A stretch of DNA of 64,000 nucleotides from assembly GCA_965112735.1 (NCBI GenBank), contig OZ218955.1:3410001-3474000 (forward strand). Direction: 5' to 3'. This stretch comes from Phaeosaccion multiseriatum. Lineage: Eukaryota > Protista > Ochrophyta, other classes. The notes beneath the pieces were generated by a model. It searched no databases. It was not told where the DNA came from and saw nothing but the letters and a program-made list of their open reading frames with translations. Below, one piece after another: positions 1 to 13,079 of this stretch. The position numbers and the translations under genes were made by a program. Each line of letters opens with the position of its first letter. The stretch's first letter is position 1.

Positions 1-3000
1 GGCCATGTACACCACCATGATGGAGGTGAGGGGAGGATGGCAGTGGATGGGTGGGGCCTGAGTGGTGAGGGGGCAGTAACTGTTACAGACGGTGCTGTCC
101 GGGTACAAAGAGCGGTGCTCGTACCTACATTTCTCCCTGTGATCATCTGACTCTGAGGAGTAAGGATGCCTCCCCCGCCCTTCAGTTGCCTTTCAGCTGC
201 CTTCCTTCCCCTCGCTGTTCGCGTTCACGATGCGCTGCCCATGCGTAACGTTCGTCTGCGCCCTGCCGTTTACACCCTCGCTCCGCCACCCTCCCTTCTG
301 CTCTCCTTCTACCCTCCCATCCCCCTCCCTTCCTCCTGCTCTCCTACTCTCCCTCCCTCCCTCCTCTACCCTCCCACTCCCCCTCCACCCTCTTTCCCCC
401 ACTCCCCCTCCTCCTTCCCTCCACCCCGCCAGGACATGACCCGCTTGGGCCGCATCGCCGAGCTCGGAGTGGTACAGCAGGAGCTTTTATCGTGGTATGG
501 GCCATTGGTTGAGGCCCTAGAGAGGGAGCAGGAGGCCGTGTGGAACCAAACGTCCTCGGCGAACGTCACCATCAGACCCCTCTTGGTGCTGCTCAGGCCA
601 GAGAAGCTTGCCGTAATGACCATGCATGAGGTAGGTGGGTGAAATGGCAGTGGATGGGCAGTGGATGGGGAGTGGAGGTGGGGTGGGTGGACGGGGGTAG
701 GGTTTGGGCTGGATGGGGTGGGTTGGAGTTGGGGTGGAGTGGAGGGGAGGAGAGGGAATGGGAGGAGAGGAAGGAGGGGAGGAAGGAGGGGAGAGGGGGT
801 AGGGTGGAGAGGGAGGAGGGGAGGGAGAGGGTGGGGTGGAGATTTTGATGGGGGGAAAACAAAACAAAAAACAACAACAATAACAACAACAACAACAACA
901 ATTTCAACTCTCGATGTGTCTCTCTCCTTAAGACCTCTCACTCCCTCTCTTCTGTTCCACTCTCTTTAACATCATCAACAACAACAACAACGACCACAAC
1001 AGGTCATGAACCGGACAATGCGCACCGGGTACAAGGGCAGCGCCACCGTGGAGATTTGCACTACATTGGCCGAGGCGATCCAAGCAGAGCTTAACGTTTC
1101 TGCCCTCCGCAGCAACCTAGGCAAGTCCCCATCCATTGCCATCCACTGCCGTCCCAGCCTCGCCATGCATCCACTGCCATCCTCTTCTCCCCAGACATCT
1201 TACATATCCATCCTCCTCCCTCCGCACGCCCACCACATCCCATATATGACAGGCGCATCCGCCGTAACCGACGCCCTGAGCCGAAACGTTCACCGCCACG
1301 TCCGCGCCCTCAATCTCCGCGCCAAGCGAGCGCTGGACACACTCGAGTACACTGAGTGGTCCAAGGCTGCAGGATGTATGCTTGGCGCTTACCTTACCAA
1401 GGTTCTTATGGACACAAGCCGAGACACGGTCTCAGGAGAGGCAGCTTTTTATCACGAAGTCATATGGGAAGGAGGAAGGCAACGCCTGCAGGGGAGGATG
1501 TTTCTCAACCCCACCACCTTCGATCGCTTCTTGGGAGCAGACGACTCCTTCAGGGTTTCCGCGTCGATGCAGCGGGTCAAGCCAATGGTGGTGCCCCCTG
1601 CCCCTTGGACAAAGCACAATCAAGGCGCGTACCTCGTCATTTCGCGTAACGTCATGCGGACACGGGGCAGCGGTCTTCAGCGGGACATTCTGCGGAACGG
1701 AGACTTGGGCTTGGTGATGAAGGGGTTGAATGCCCTGGGTCAGGTGCCTTGGCAGATCAACGAGGAGGTGTATGATGTCATTTGTGAAGCGAATGAGAAG
1801 GGTCTGCAGATTGGCGATTTGCCTCCGCATGGAGAGCTGCCGGTGCCCAAGCCGGAGCCCATGGCGGATGGGGTGGAGGGCAAGGAAGGGGGATTAGACT
1901 GGGGGAGCGACCCAAACACGTTGAAGGCCAAGTTCAAGAAGTTCAACGCCAGAGCCAGGTTGAGGAGGAGATCTGTGAGCGCTGCTGATGATGTTGCTGC
2001 TGCTGCTCGTGTTGGCGAGGACGAAGAAGGCGAGGAAGAGATAATCTTCACGGCGGAGGAGAAGGAGGTGCTTGCAAGGAGGAAGGCCCATCGGACTCTC
2101 GTGAGGAAGGTCAAGACCCGAAACAGCAATGTGCATTCCCTACGCTGCGACATGAAACTGAAGCTAGGTGAGTGGTTTTGGGGGAGGTGAGAGAGAGGGG
2201 ACGGAGAGGAGGGGGGGGGGGGGGGTGAGGGAGGCACCCGAGGAGGAGAGACGGAGGGAGGTGGAGAGGGAGAGGGGGTGGGCTAGGGCGGTGGGGCGGT
2301 ACCCTAGCCCCTTCCCCTAAGCTTGAGCTTGTACTTCGCCTTCAATTCGTCTCCCCTAAAATTCAAACTTGGACCGTGCGTTTGCGCAAGTGTGCGTGTG
2401 TGTGTGCGTGTGTGTGTGCGTGTGTGCGTGCGTGTGGTTCGTATCGGTATGTCTGGAGTGAAAAGTGAGCGTGGTCAGTCAATTCAGTCACTTCAATTCG
2501 GCCGTAAGCCGAAATGAACCTCACTCACACCACCCCCTCCCGTTTGTTGCCTCTTTCTATCCATGTGTCTTATCTTTTCCCACCCTCACCCCGGCCCCCT
2601 TCTCCCATCCACTGCCATCCCATCCTGGTCGTATTATGGTGGGCTTCGATCTCTCTCCCATCAATCAATCAATCAATCAATCGATCAATCAGACATTGCT
2701 GGTGAGATGCTCGACTACCCAGCCATTTACTTCCCCTACAGCCTGGACTTCCGGGGTCGTGCCTACCCCATCCCTCCCAACCTCAATCATATGGGCAACG
2801 ACCTGTGCAGGGGAGTGTTGACATTCAAGGAGGAGAGGCCCCTCGGGGAGACGGGCCTGTTCTGGCTCAAGGTGCATGTGGCCAACGTATTTGGGCAGGA
2901 TAAGGTGAGGGAGGGAGGGAGGGAGGGAGGGAGGGAGGGGTGTTAGACTGTGAGACGGAGAGCGAAGATACAGGGAGAGAGATCGAGAAAGGAGAGATAA

Positions 3001-4477
3001 CACACCCCTCACCCCACCACCCACCTTAACGACCTTTCTCCTTGTTCTCTTGTCCTGCCCTCGTCATCTGCGCTCGTCTTCTGCCCTCCTCCTCCACCTC
3101 CTCCTCCTCCTGCTGCTGCTGCTACTGCGCAGCTGAGCTTCGACGGTCGAGTGGCCTTCGTCGACTCCAAACTCGACCAAATCCGAGACAGTGCCGCCAA
3201 TCCCTTGGGAGGAAAGTGGAAGTGGTGGCAAGAGGCGGATTCCCCCTGGCAATGTCTCGCGGCATGCAAGGAGCTCAGTCGGGCGTTGGACTCTCCCGAC
3301 CCTCGACAGTTTATGTCAAAGCTGCCTGTGCATCAGGACGGGAGCTGTAACGGCCTGCAGCACTATGCTGCGCTGAGCAGGGATGAGGCTGGAGGCAGTC
3401 AGGTGAGGAGAGGGGAGGGGTGGGAGGGAGGGGGGAGGAGGGGAGTGGGTCCTACTTTCTAACGAAGCATACTTGCCCATCGTCATGTTATTCTCTATCT
3501 CTCTCTGGCCCTCCCCTCTCACTTTCTCTCTCTCTGTACGTGCATCACACGTCACGCGCGCACACACACACGAACACACACGCCAGGTGAACCTGACACC
3601 AGGCACCAAGCCCGCAGACGTGTACAGCGGAGTGTCCACCCTCGTTGCCGAGAAGGTGCACCAGGAGGCGGTCAGAGAGCTGCCGCCAGGGGCCACAGAT
3701 GAGCAGAAGAAGACAAAGAGGGTTGCTCAGTTGGTGGACGGGCTCATCGATCGCAAGGTGGTGAAGCAAACGGTCATGACTTCAGTCTATGGGGTGACTT
3801 TCGTCGGGGCGAGGGGACAGATTCAGGCTCGGTTGAAGGAGAAGTTGGAGAAGGTGTCGAACAGGAGCGCGATGGAGGTGGATTTTGACGCCGATTTGTA
3901 CTACGCCAGTGTGATTGTGGCTCGACTGACGATGGACTGCCTGGGGGAGCTGTTCCAAGAGGCGAGAAGGATTATGGATTGGCTGGGCAATATGGCAGGA
4001 CTTGTGGGCCAGCAGGGAGAGCCCATGGGGTGGGTTACGCCCCTCGGCCTGCCCGTGCTGCAGCCCTACCGCCGCACCAAGGGCGCGCATATCATCGAGA
4101 CCGTACTGCAGACGGTGTCCATGGTGGAGGACGACGATACCTTACCGGTCTCCCTTCAGCGGCAGCGCAGCGCCTTCCCGCCCAACTTTGTGCACTCTTT
4201 GGACGCTTCGCACATGCTCATGACGGCTCTTGAGATGGATCGAAAGAACCTTCCCTTCGCCGCCGTGCATGATTCATACTGGGCACATGCCGGCAGCGTG
4301 GACGAGATGAACGTCACCCTTCGCCAGGCCTTTGTGGACCTGTACGAGGGGCCCATCTTGGAGGATTTGCACACTGGGCTGAGCCTTCGATTCCCGAATG
4401 TGGATTTCCCGCCCGTGCCGAAGCACGGCAAGCTGGATCTGCAAGTGGTCAAGGACAGTCCGTACTTCTTTAACTGA
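1..4477 (+). CDS. RPOT: Single-subunit T3/T7 phage-type RNA polymerase (nuclear-encoded, likely mitochondrial RpoT/POLRMT); multi-exon, 5'-partial
   Basis: Exons ~433-630, 1003-1120, 1253-2167, 2693-2904, 3133-3402, 3587-4477 give [14 protein letters not shown], motif [16 protein letters not shown], motif [28 protein letters not shown], motif C AVHDSYW and the C-terminal SPYFFN*. Confidence 0.95.
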
Positions 4478-4972
4478 GGGACGGAGGGAGGCTTTGTGCA
4501 GCTTTGTAGGCTGCACAGTTTCCGGGACGGGGGTCTTGATGGGTTATGCCTCAGAGGCGGTTTGCAGGGCGAGCGGGCGAGTCATCACACGCGTTTCTTT
4601 AGCACACACGTTTCTTTAGGAATATATGCATGCACTAGTTAGAATGTTTAATAGAATATTTTCCCGACAAACATTACACTCCACAAGCCAGCGTTTCAGC
4701 CCCCTACCTATTTCAACACAAGTGTCGTACCTTGTTCGACAAGACTCAAAACCCACAGTCTCCCATGGGTCCCCCTTACATCCCTCATCTTCTATTGCCG
4801 TGTGCATTGCCTGCTCCCGTATTACTTACCTACTACTTTCTAAATATGCGGTAGAAAAGAACGGAATGGAATGGAAAAGAGAACAGATGAGGACGGACCG
4901 ATTTCACTCGTGCTTCACTTGACTTGTCCTTGACATGCGCTGCTTGACATTCGCTTGACATGATGTGCTTCT

Positions 4973-7514
4973 TCACTTGTGCGGCGGGGAGGAGGAGGAG
5001 GAGGAGGAGGAGGGTAAGGTGGCCTGACGGGTCTGCTGCTCTGCCTCCAAGCCGAACGTTTCGAGAATACACTCTTGAAGCTTCTCCTGCGACTCAATCA
5101 TGCTGTCGAGCACGAGGTTGTCGTTCTTCTTGCGCTCGGCAGTGGTCTCTTCGATGCTCTCTCGCTGCTCCTTGATACCAGTCATGCACCTCAGCTGCAC
5201 CTGAGGAGGGCAGGGAGAGGAGGGCAAGGGAAGGGGAGAGTGGGTGGGCAAGGGAGGGAGGGGAGGGGGGGGGGGGAGAGAGAGGGAGAGAGGGAGTGAG
5301 GAAGAGGGGGCGAGGGAGGGACGGAGGGAGGGAGAGAGGGAGGGAGGGAAGGAAGGGGGGAGGGAGGAAGGGAGGGAGGGAAGGAGGGATGGGGGGGAGG
5401 GAGTGGGCGGGTGAGTGGGTGGATGGGTGGGTAGAGAGGGAGGGAGGGAGGGAGACAGAGAGATACTAGAGGAAGAAAGGGGAGGGAGGAAGGGAGGGAG
5501 GGAGGGAGGGAGGGAGGGAGGGAGTGTGCGCCGCATACCCCAAAATCACCCACCCCACTGCACCACACCCCTTCGTTTCGGGAAGGGCGACCGACTGAAG
5601 TGAACAATTATCGCCCAAGAGAAAGAGGACCAGAGCAAAGACAAAACTAGCACTACTTCCATGACCCATCCATCCACCCGTCCTGTCCCTCCACTCCGCT
5701 CCAATTTCTGCATCCATGCCTCCCTCCTTTACCCACCCTTCCAACGCATCCTTACCTTTGGCCACGCCCGCTCGTCGAGCCGCTCTGCCTCGTCCACGTC
5801 CTCAGCCAACACCCAGAGCTTGGACTGCCTTGTGGACATTTCGTCAGAGAAGCAGAGCAGAGAGCGTTGCTGGTGTGTGTCGAAGCGTTTCAGAAGCTTC
5901 TGCTCCCGCTTGGCGATCTGTTTATTGAATAGAGCAGAGGGAAGAGCAGAGGAGAGGAGAGGAAGTAGTGTCAGGAGGGGAAAGCAAAGGGTGTCAGGAC
6001 AATACATCATTGTACAGCGGATGGGAAACGAAACGTCCAGAATGTCACATGATCCAGCCTGACATAGACAAAGTGGGCAGTGGGTAGGTGGGGAGCCGGG
6101 CGCTCATTGGCACGACTTGGTGGGGAGAGCTGCTCTCTCTCTCCATCCCCTCGTCCCCTCCTCTTGGCCTCCCTCTCTCGCTCCACAAGCCTCCCTCCTC
6201 TCTTTGCCCTCCCTCCCTCCCTCCCTCCCTCCCTCTCAAATGCCTCTCTCTCCTCCTTCTCCTCCACCTCACCTTTGCGTTTTCTATATCGAAGGTCTCG
6301 TTTGCCTTTTGCAGCTTGCGCGTGACTTGTCCGTTCTGCTCTTCAATGACTTGCGGAACTGTTGCGGTAAGGAAATGGTCCACCTTCTCCTCCACCACCG
6401 CCACCTGCTTCTCTTGCTCCTCAATCAGGGGCTCGTACTTTACTTTGATCTCTGGAGAGGGCGGGGATGTGGTGGGATTGAGTGGAGTGGAGTGGGGTGG
6501 GGTGGGAGGGCGAGTAGACAGGAGATGGTAACAGATGGGGAGAAAGAGGGTGGTTAGACAAAGCTTGTGGAACCGAGCGCGGTAGGTAGACTCTCCGTCC
6601 CATCGCAGACAAAAAAAACACACACACCTCTACGTACCCTGACGAAAGAACAAGAGTGGCCTTCCTTGGTTCCATCGCCCTTCCCCTCACTTCACCTCCC
6701 GGGCCGTACCACAGAACCTCGACCCGCCCCCCCACCCTACGCGCTTCTTTCTTTCTTGTACCCATGCCTCGATGCATACATAATACACAAATACGCAATG
6801 GGTACCAAAAAAGGCCTTACCTTCTTGGACCCATGCCTCGATGCCCGACTCGGCTTCCTGCAGCTGCATCTTCAGGGCCTCCATTACGTCGGCATGGTCC
6901 TCCTCCCGCTCCTCCAGCTCTGCAGCTAGACTCGCTGCTAGTCTGTGCAGGCAAAAGAGGGAGGGAGGGAGGCAGGGTAAGCAAACCGGTATTACCAGAG
7001 TAATTCCAGGCGAGAAAGAAGGGAGGGCGAGGGAAAGGAAACCGCCACCCCTGATCCCCTATAGCCTTTGTGTTGCTTCGCCTTTGCTTGATTACTTTCT
7101 CGAAGCAGCTTCCTTCTCCGCCACACATCCTGCACACTACCTTCTCCTTCGACACCCTACCTTCTTTGGCCGCCACTCTCCCACTCTCACCTCCCCACCC
7201 TCCCACCTCCCACTACGCCTCCCTTCAGGGCTGTTGCACACATCTCCCTTCTCTGTATCCTTTCCCTCGCCTGCTCACCTACGTCTCCTCTCCTCTATGT
7301 TGCGCAACTTCTGCTCGAACTCCCTATTCCGCTGCTTGGTGCTCTCCTCCAAACCGCCCAGCTCCCCTTTGAGGTCCTTCTCCTGTCTGTCAATCTTCCA
7401 GTAGCGCTGGCTGTCGGGCTGGTCTGCGGCCGGCGCTCGCTGCACGGCGCTAGCCTTGGTCTGCCCCACCGCCACATTCACCACATCCGTCTTGCCGGGG
7501 CCGTGCCCACTCAT
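4973..7514 (-). CDS. SF-assemblin/beta-giardin-like coiled-coil protein (5 exons)
   Basis: Spliced product MSGHGPGK... has a short non-helical head and a long charged coiled coil. It ends ...EETTAERKKNDNLVLDSMIESQEKLQECILETFG, resembling the SF-assemblin C-terminus. GT-AG sites join the exons. Confidence 0.6.
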
Positions 7515-7912
7515 GGCGTAGCAGATCGTAGCAGCCTCTCTCTTCTCCTCGCCTCTCTCTCCAGGTTTGCTCTTGCCGTAGCTAAGGGCCTCTCTCTTCT
7601 CAGCGCTTTCAAAGTATCACCCTCTACTACATCATGGCTTCTTCTTCCCCTTTTTTCTTCAAAATCCGAACCCGCCAACCGGGAGACCTTTAGTAATCCA
7701 ACATCCCCCAGCATTTACCCACTCCTTTTTCCTTTTTCCCTTTCTTCTTCTTGTCACCACGGCTGCTCCTCGGGTCCTTGCTGCTGTAGCAGGCGCGTTT
7801 ACCGTGATCCTTGCAGCCACCGCTCTGATTATCCGCTGGGCCAAAGGCGTGGACGCTGCAAGGGTTGTGGAGGAGGAGCAGAGGGAGAAGAGACGCCAAG
7901 AAGCGGAAGGAG

Positions 7913-9759
7913 ATGAGACGGGCACGTACGTGCTATGGACACGGGACTAGCGACACTGCGGCTGCCGCCGACGGGCGCAATAGGCGGGGTGGAAGAAGGA
8001 GGAGTGAGAATGGGTTGGTGTACGTTTGTACGATCACATTGTGCTGCTCGAGACTGGCGTCGGCCTTCGTAGCTGGCGGCGCTTGGTTGTCGCCTAGAGC
8101 GTCAGGCTCGGGGCCAGGAGGGCCCTGGAACGGGCCCAAGAGTCATGTCTTTATTAATGAAGGGGGTGCAACGAAAACGAGGCGCTCTTCTGCAGCTTTT
8201 CGTTCAGTTGTCGCGCAAAGTGCAGGTAAGTGTCGTGTGTGGCACAGACACATACACATACATACACACACATGCAAACACGTACACACACGCACACACA
8301 CTCTGACCCACCCTAGACCACGTGGGCGCACCACACCTGCTCACTCTTGCCCTCACTGCACGTGCACGCCCCTGCATGCCACCCTTGGAGGGAGCTTCCC
8401 AACCCTTGAAGCGGGCGGTTTCGCTCACCACGCAGCCCTCACTGTAATTCGCTTCTCTTTCCCCGCGATCGGTCTGCCCTCCCCCCCCTTTGACCACAGC
8501 AAGCGGCAGCAGCGTGAGCAGCGCCAGTAGTGGCAACAGTAGCGAAGCTCCGAAAGCTGCCGAAGCGGTCGGCTTTGAGAGCTTGCACTTCGACCGCACC
8601 CCTACGGGGAACGAGATGGTGGTCATGACATGGCAGGAGGTAGAGGCTTACGTCAAGGAGAACAAGGCGAAGGGGCAGGCAGCAGCGGTGGTGGTGCCCA
8701 TGGGAGCGACCGGTGAGTGAGCACACAGGAGGGGCTTTCCCACCGACGTGAGATATTGTCATGCTCCTTCTCTTCTCTGTCTCTATACATATGTATACAC
8801 ACATATGGATACACTTATGTATATATATAGATCTCCCTCCCTCTCTCTTCCTCTCTTCCCCCCCCCCCTCCTCCCTCCATCTCTCTGTTCTCTTTTATCT
8901 TCTCCTCTCTCTCTCCCCGCCCCTCCTCTATCTCTCTCTCGGCTCTCCCCCATAGGTCCTGCCGTGTCTCCACTCGCCCATGTGGCCTCTCAGAAACACA
9001 CAGCCTCTCTAACTTATACCCTACCCATCCCGACCCACTCAACCTGACCATGATGCGGACCTGAACGCGCCTCCCTCTTCTTTGGCTCAGAGCAACACGG
9101 GCCGAACGGGCTGTTGGGGACGGATATCATGACGGCAGAGGCCGTCTGCCGAGGGTGCGTGCGTGTGGGTGTGCGTGCGTTGGGCTTGGTCAGGCCTGAG
9201 GCGTGTACAATGCCTTACCAGCCGGATAAGAGAAGGAAGAGAGAACGAGATGAGTGAGTCGTTCCTCCATCGCTATGCATCAATCTCTTACCATAGCAAA
9301 GCAGATTGTTGTGTTGACGCCCTCCCCTCCCCCTCTATGGTATGCCCCCCTCCGTGCCCCCCCTCTGTGCTGTGCCGTACTGTGCAGAGTGTCAGAGGCG
9401 TGTGGCTGCCTCCTTGCCCCCTCCATCAACGTCGGTATGAGTCTGCACCATACGAGCTTCTGCGGGAGCATCAGCCTCTCTCCCTCCACGCTGGCGTCTG
9501 TGGTGAAGGACTATGTCCGGAGTCTGAAGGTCAGCGGTTTCACACATGTGCTCTTTGTGAATGGGCACGGGGGCAACGTGATGCCGGTCATGAAGGTGAG
9601 TGGTTGGTGTTTGTTAGAAGGGTTAGGTTTTAGGGGTGAGGCTGAGGTGGGCATTAAAAATTGATCTTCTCTGTTCTCTTGGGGTTTGTTTTCCTCTCTG
9701 GGGGTTTGTTTTTGTAGAGGGACTTTTCTTGGAAGACACGGGTACACAGACGCACAGAC

Positions 9760-9807
<48 letters not shown>

Positions 9808-11075
9808 GGACAGTAGACAGACAGACAGACAGACGGATGCACACGGACGCCACACACCCATCCACACACGCCCTCACGCACGCGCACACTCACGCACCTA
9901 CGCTCGGAGCAGGCGATGCACGACTTGACGGACGAGGAAGAGAAGAAGAACAGCGCAGACGCGTGGGGGCAAATCGCTAGGGGCTTCGATGACAGCAAGC
10001 AGGAGCATGGGAGTGGGGCATCGGAGGGGGTTGGGGATGGCGAGGGGGTGGGTGGGAGTAGTAGCAGCAGCAGCAGCAGCAGCAGCAGCAGTGAGGGTAG
10101 GCAGCAGCAGCTGTGGGATGGCAGCAGTGGTGCAAGTGTAGCACCAACAGCACCAACAGTAGCAGCAGTAGCACCAACAGCAGCAGCAGCTGGTGATACA
10201 GCGGCAGTAATGGAGCCGCACGCCATCGCCATGCAGTTTCACAGCTGGTATCGGGGCGGGGAGGTGTCACAACTCGCTAAGGAGCTCTACGGGGACGACA
10301 TTGGGCAGCATGCGACGCCTGACGAGGTGGCAATGACCCAGTTCCTATACCCCTTCAGCATCAAGAAGGTGGCACCACAAGTAGCAGCAGTGGGCGTTGG
10401 TGGAGGTGTGGAAGGCGTCGCTGCCAGTGCTGGCGCTGCTCGTGTTTCTGCTGTATCACCAGTTAGTGGGGAAGGAGTTGTGCTGGACCCTGCCGTGCTG
10501 CAGGTCAACGCGTCCATTGGAGGAAGGGTACTACGCAGGAAGGAAGAGAGCAGTGGGCAATCGTACATGGACCCTGCAGATTTCCGCCGGCGCTTCCCGG
10601 ACGGGCGGATGGGCAGGTGAGGAGATAGAGAATGAGAGAGAGAGGGAATAAGAGAGGGAGGATTTCGCTCTCTTCTGTTGTGCCCTCCCCTACCCCCTCC
10701 TCCCCCATCCCCTCCTCTCCTGCCTTCCCCCTCCTCATGTCTGCTGCTCTGTGCTTCTCTTACTCTTGCTACTCGTGCCCCTCTTCGTGCCTTCTTCTAC
10801 TCTCCTCTCTTGCTGCTGTTGCCCTCTCATTGCTCTTGCTCTTGTTCCGGCTCTTTAGCAACCCAGCCCTTGCGTCACCGGAGGCCGGGGGGCGTCTTTA
10901 CAATGCTGCTGTGCGCGATGCCGCACGCCTCATGGCCCACTTCACATCAGACACAGCAGAGGCAGACAAGCCACATGCGCCACAGCAGGCCACAGCGGGC
11001 ACATCAGTTGGTGATACAGCAGATGAAGGGCAGAATGAGCCCGCCGCCGTCTCCGCTGCTCATATGGCGCCATAA
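7913..11075 (+). CDS. Creatininase-family amidohydrolase with predicted bipartite plastid-targeting presequence (6 exons)
   Basis: Motifs MTWQEVEAY, VVPMGATEQHGPNGLLGTD, SLHHTSFCGSISL, FVNGHGGN, HATPDEVAMT, DFRRRFPDGRMG, NPALASPEAG. The N-terminal region has a hydrophobic stretch ending LASA|FV (ASAFAP-type). The start codon is uncertain. Confidence 0.85.
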
Positions 11076-11981
11076 CTCGAGGCATTTCGAGGTCTATGGT
11101 AGTGGGTGGGGCAGAAAGAGGGAGGAGTGGAGTGGGAGCCGTCCCTTCCTTCCTTTGTTCCTCCTTCCTTCCTTGCCCTCGCTCATCAGCACCGGAGGCT
11201 TCGATTAGAGGGGGACTCCCCTACCTGCCGAGGGGTTGGTGAGAGCGGACGACTTTGGGTGGAACACATCCTCTCTCTCTATCCGCCAGGATGAGGTGGC
11301 AGAGAGAGAGACACGGGCGGAACGAGACGCCATGGAGAGAGAGAAAGGAAGAAATTTTACAGGAGGGAGGATTGCGGAGAGGCAAACTGGCTGCAGTGGC
11401 AGCTTTCCCCCTGATGGCAGGTCCTATCCCTCTCCCCCTTATCTCTCACGCACCAAATTTTCCAGCTGAAATTTTCAATTTTCAAATACATCTGTGAGCC
11501 CGAGTCGCATTCTACCAACACGGCCGCCACGACGCATTCTGTCACGATTTTGCGATTTTGTCTCCAGGTCCCCGAATTGGAAAATAAAAAAACAATAATG
11601 GGTTCCTTTCAAGTTATTAGAAGCTTGAGACTTCGATTGGCGCAGCAGCTGCAGGATAGAGGGAGAGAGTGCACTCACAAACCAGCTCATTTTCACAACC
11701 TCTTTGGGATCTCAGGTATGTAGCAAATTAGCAAATGAGGAAGATATTGAAGGACATGGCGTGGATCCTTCCTCCCCTCGAGCCCCACTATTCCATTATT
11801 CCACTGCTCTCTCTCTCTCTCTCTCTCTGTGTGTCTCTTCCACTCTCTCTCTCTCTCTCTCTCTGTCTCTTTTCCATTGTAACAAAACTGTATTTAAACT
11901 CGGTCTCCCTCTCGCTCATGCCCCCCCTGCTTCTCCCTTTCCAAACCCCCTGTCTTTGAATCCTTCGCAAGACAAGAGAAG

Positions 11982-13079
11982 ATGAAGATGATGATGTGTG
12001 CGATGCTCGCGGCTCTCCTCGGAGCAGTGGTGGTGAGCGCCGACGAGAATGCCCTCAAGCCGCGAAGGCTGCAATTTGTACCACCGCCGCAACCCTTTCC
12101 TTTGGGGCAAGAGCTCATCCTGAATGGAGACTTCACTTCTGGCCTACAGGGATGGAGCACCTACATCCGCAGCCGCGACAATGAGGGCCAGTCAGATAAC
12201 GATATCTTTGTTGATGAATCAATCGCCTTTTTCCAGATCACGGCGCCCAGCTCCCGCATCTGGCACATCCAGCTCTATCAGACGATCTTGGCGATATCCG
12301 AGAATACAGAGATTCCTTACATCTTTTCGGCGGACTTCCAAACACAAGGCGGGACTCGGGAGGTGGAATTGGTGGTGGAGCAGAACCAAGCAAACGATAA
12401 CTGGACCGCGTACGGAAGGACATCGTGCACCATAGGGCCCGCCGTGAGTCGCTGCAGCGTAGAGGCCTTCAGCGATAGTCCTGGCCCTCTGAAGTTTGCA
12501 ATCATGGGCGGGGCAAGCGAAGTGGACTTCAGCGTGGACAACGTCTCTGCAACCTTCGGAACAAGTGGTGGGCCGGACCCCACGGTGCCTCCTGCTGCCC
12601 CGATTGCCTTTGTCAATGGCGATTTCTCTCAAGGTTTCGAGGGCTGGTCGACCTTCACTAGCGCAAGGGCTGGTGAAATTGCCGGGATCCAGGGGAATGA
12701 TTTTGCTTCCTTCGATTTCGATGATGTGCTTGAAGAGCCGTGGCTTATGCAACTGTACCAAACGTTTGACATTCCCGCTGTTCCGGCTGTGCCGAGGTAT
12801 CTGCTGACATGCGATATCATCGGAAGACTAGGGGGGCTGTCTGTGAACGATGAAGGAGAGAGGGTTGTGCAGCTATATGCCCAGCAGGCTGCCAGCCCCT
12901 GGATTGAGTTTGCATCTTCCCCAGACGGCGACTGCGTAGCTTTCCTGGACTCGGTAACCACATGCTCCCTAGAGATCAGCATCACCAACAAATCCCTCCC
13001 GGTCAAGTTCGGAGTGCAGCCTGGCATAGCGACGGGCCCCTTCACGGTGGACAGTTGTTCCATAAAGGCTCTCAACTGA
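11982..13079 (+). CDS. Secreted protein with two CBM4/9-like (galactose-binding-like) domains, paralog A; CDS intronless
   Basis: 365-aa ORF with a signal peptide and RRLQ. It has two internally similar domains (ILNGDFTSGLQGWSTY...WHIQLYQT; FVNGDFSQGFEGWSTF...WLMQLYQT) joined by a Pro-rich linker. Confidence 0.75.
   Translation: MKMMMCAMLAALLGAVVVSADENALKPRRLQFVPPPQPFPLGQELILNGDFTSGLQGWSTYIRSRDNEGQSDNDIFVDESIAFFQITAPSSRIWHIQLYQTILAISENTEIPYIFSADFQTQGGTREVELVVEQNQANDNWTAYGRTSCTIGPAVSRCSVEAFSDSPGPLKFAIMGGASEVDFSVDNVSATFGTSGGPDPTVPPAAPIAFVNGDFSQGFEGWSTFTSARAGEIAGIQGNDFASFDFDDVLEEPWLMQLYQTFDIPAVPAVPRYLLTCDIIGRLGGLSVNDEGERVVQLYAQQAASPWIEFASSPDGDCVAFLDSVTTCSLEISITNKSLPVKFGVQPGIATGPFTVDSCSIKALN

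Noticed and set aside
89-432. Non-canonical donor after the small RpoT exon near 89-115
   Set aside because: The phase could not be resolved by eye at the window edge. It may be a sequence error or a different exon structure, so no claim is made.
1-4477. Phage-type RNA polymerase as a prophage or viral insertion
   Set aside because: It has multiple spliceosomal introns and no viral neighbours, and fits the standard nuclear-encoded organellar polymerase.
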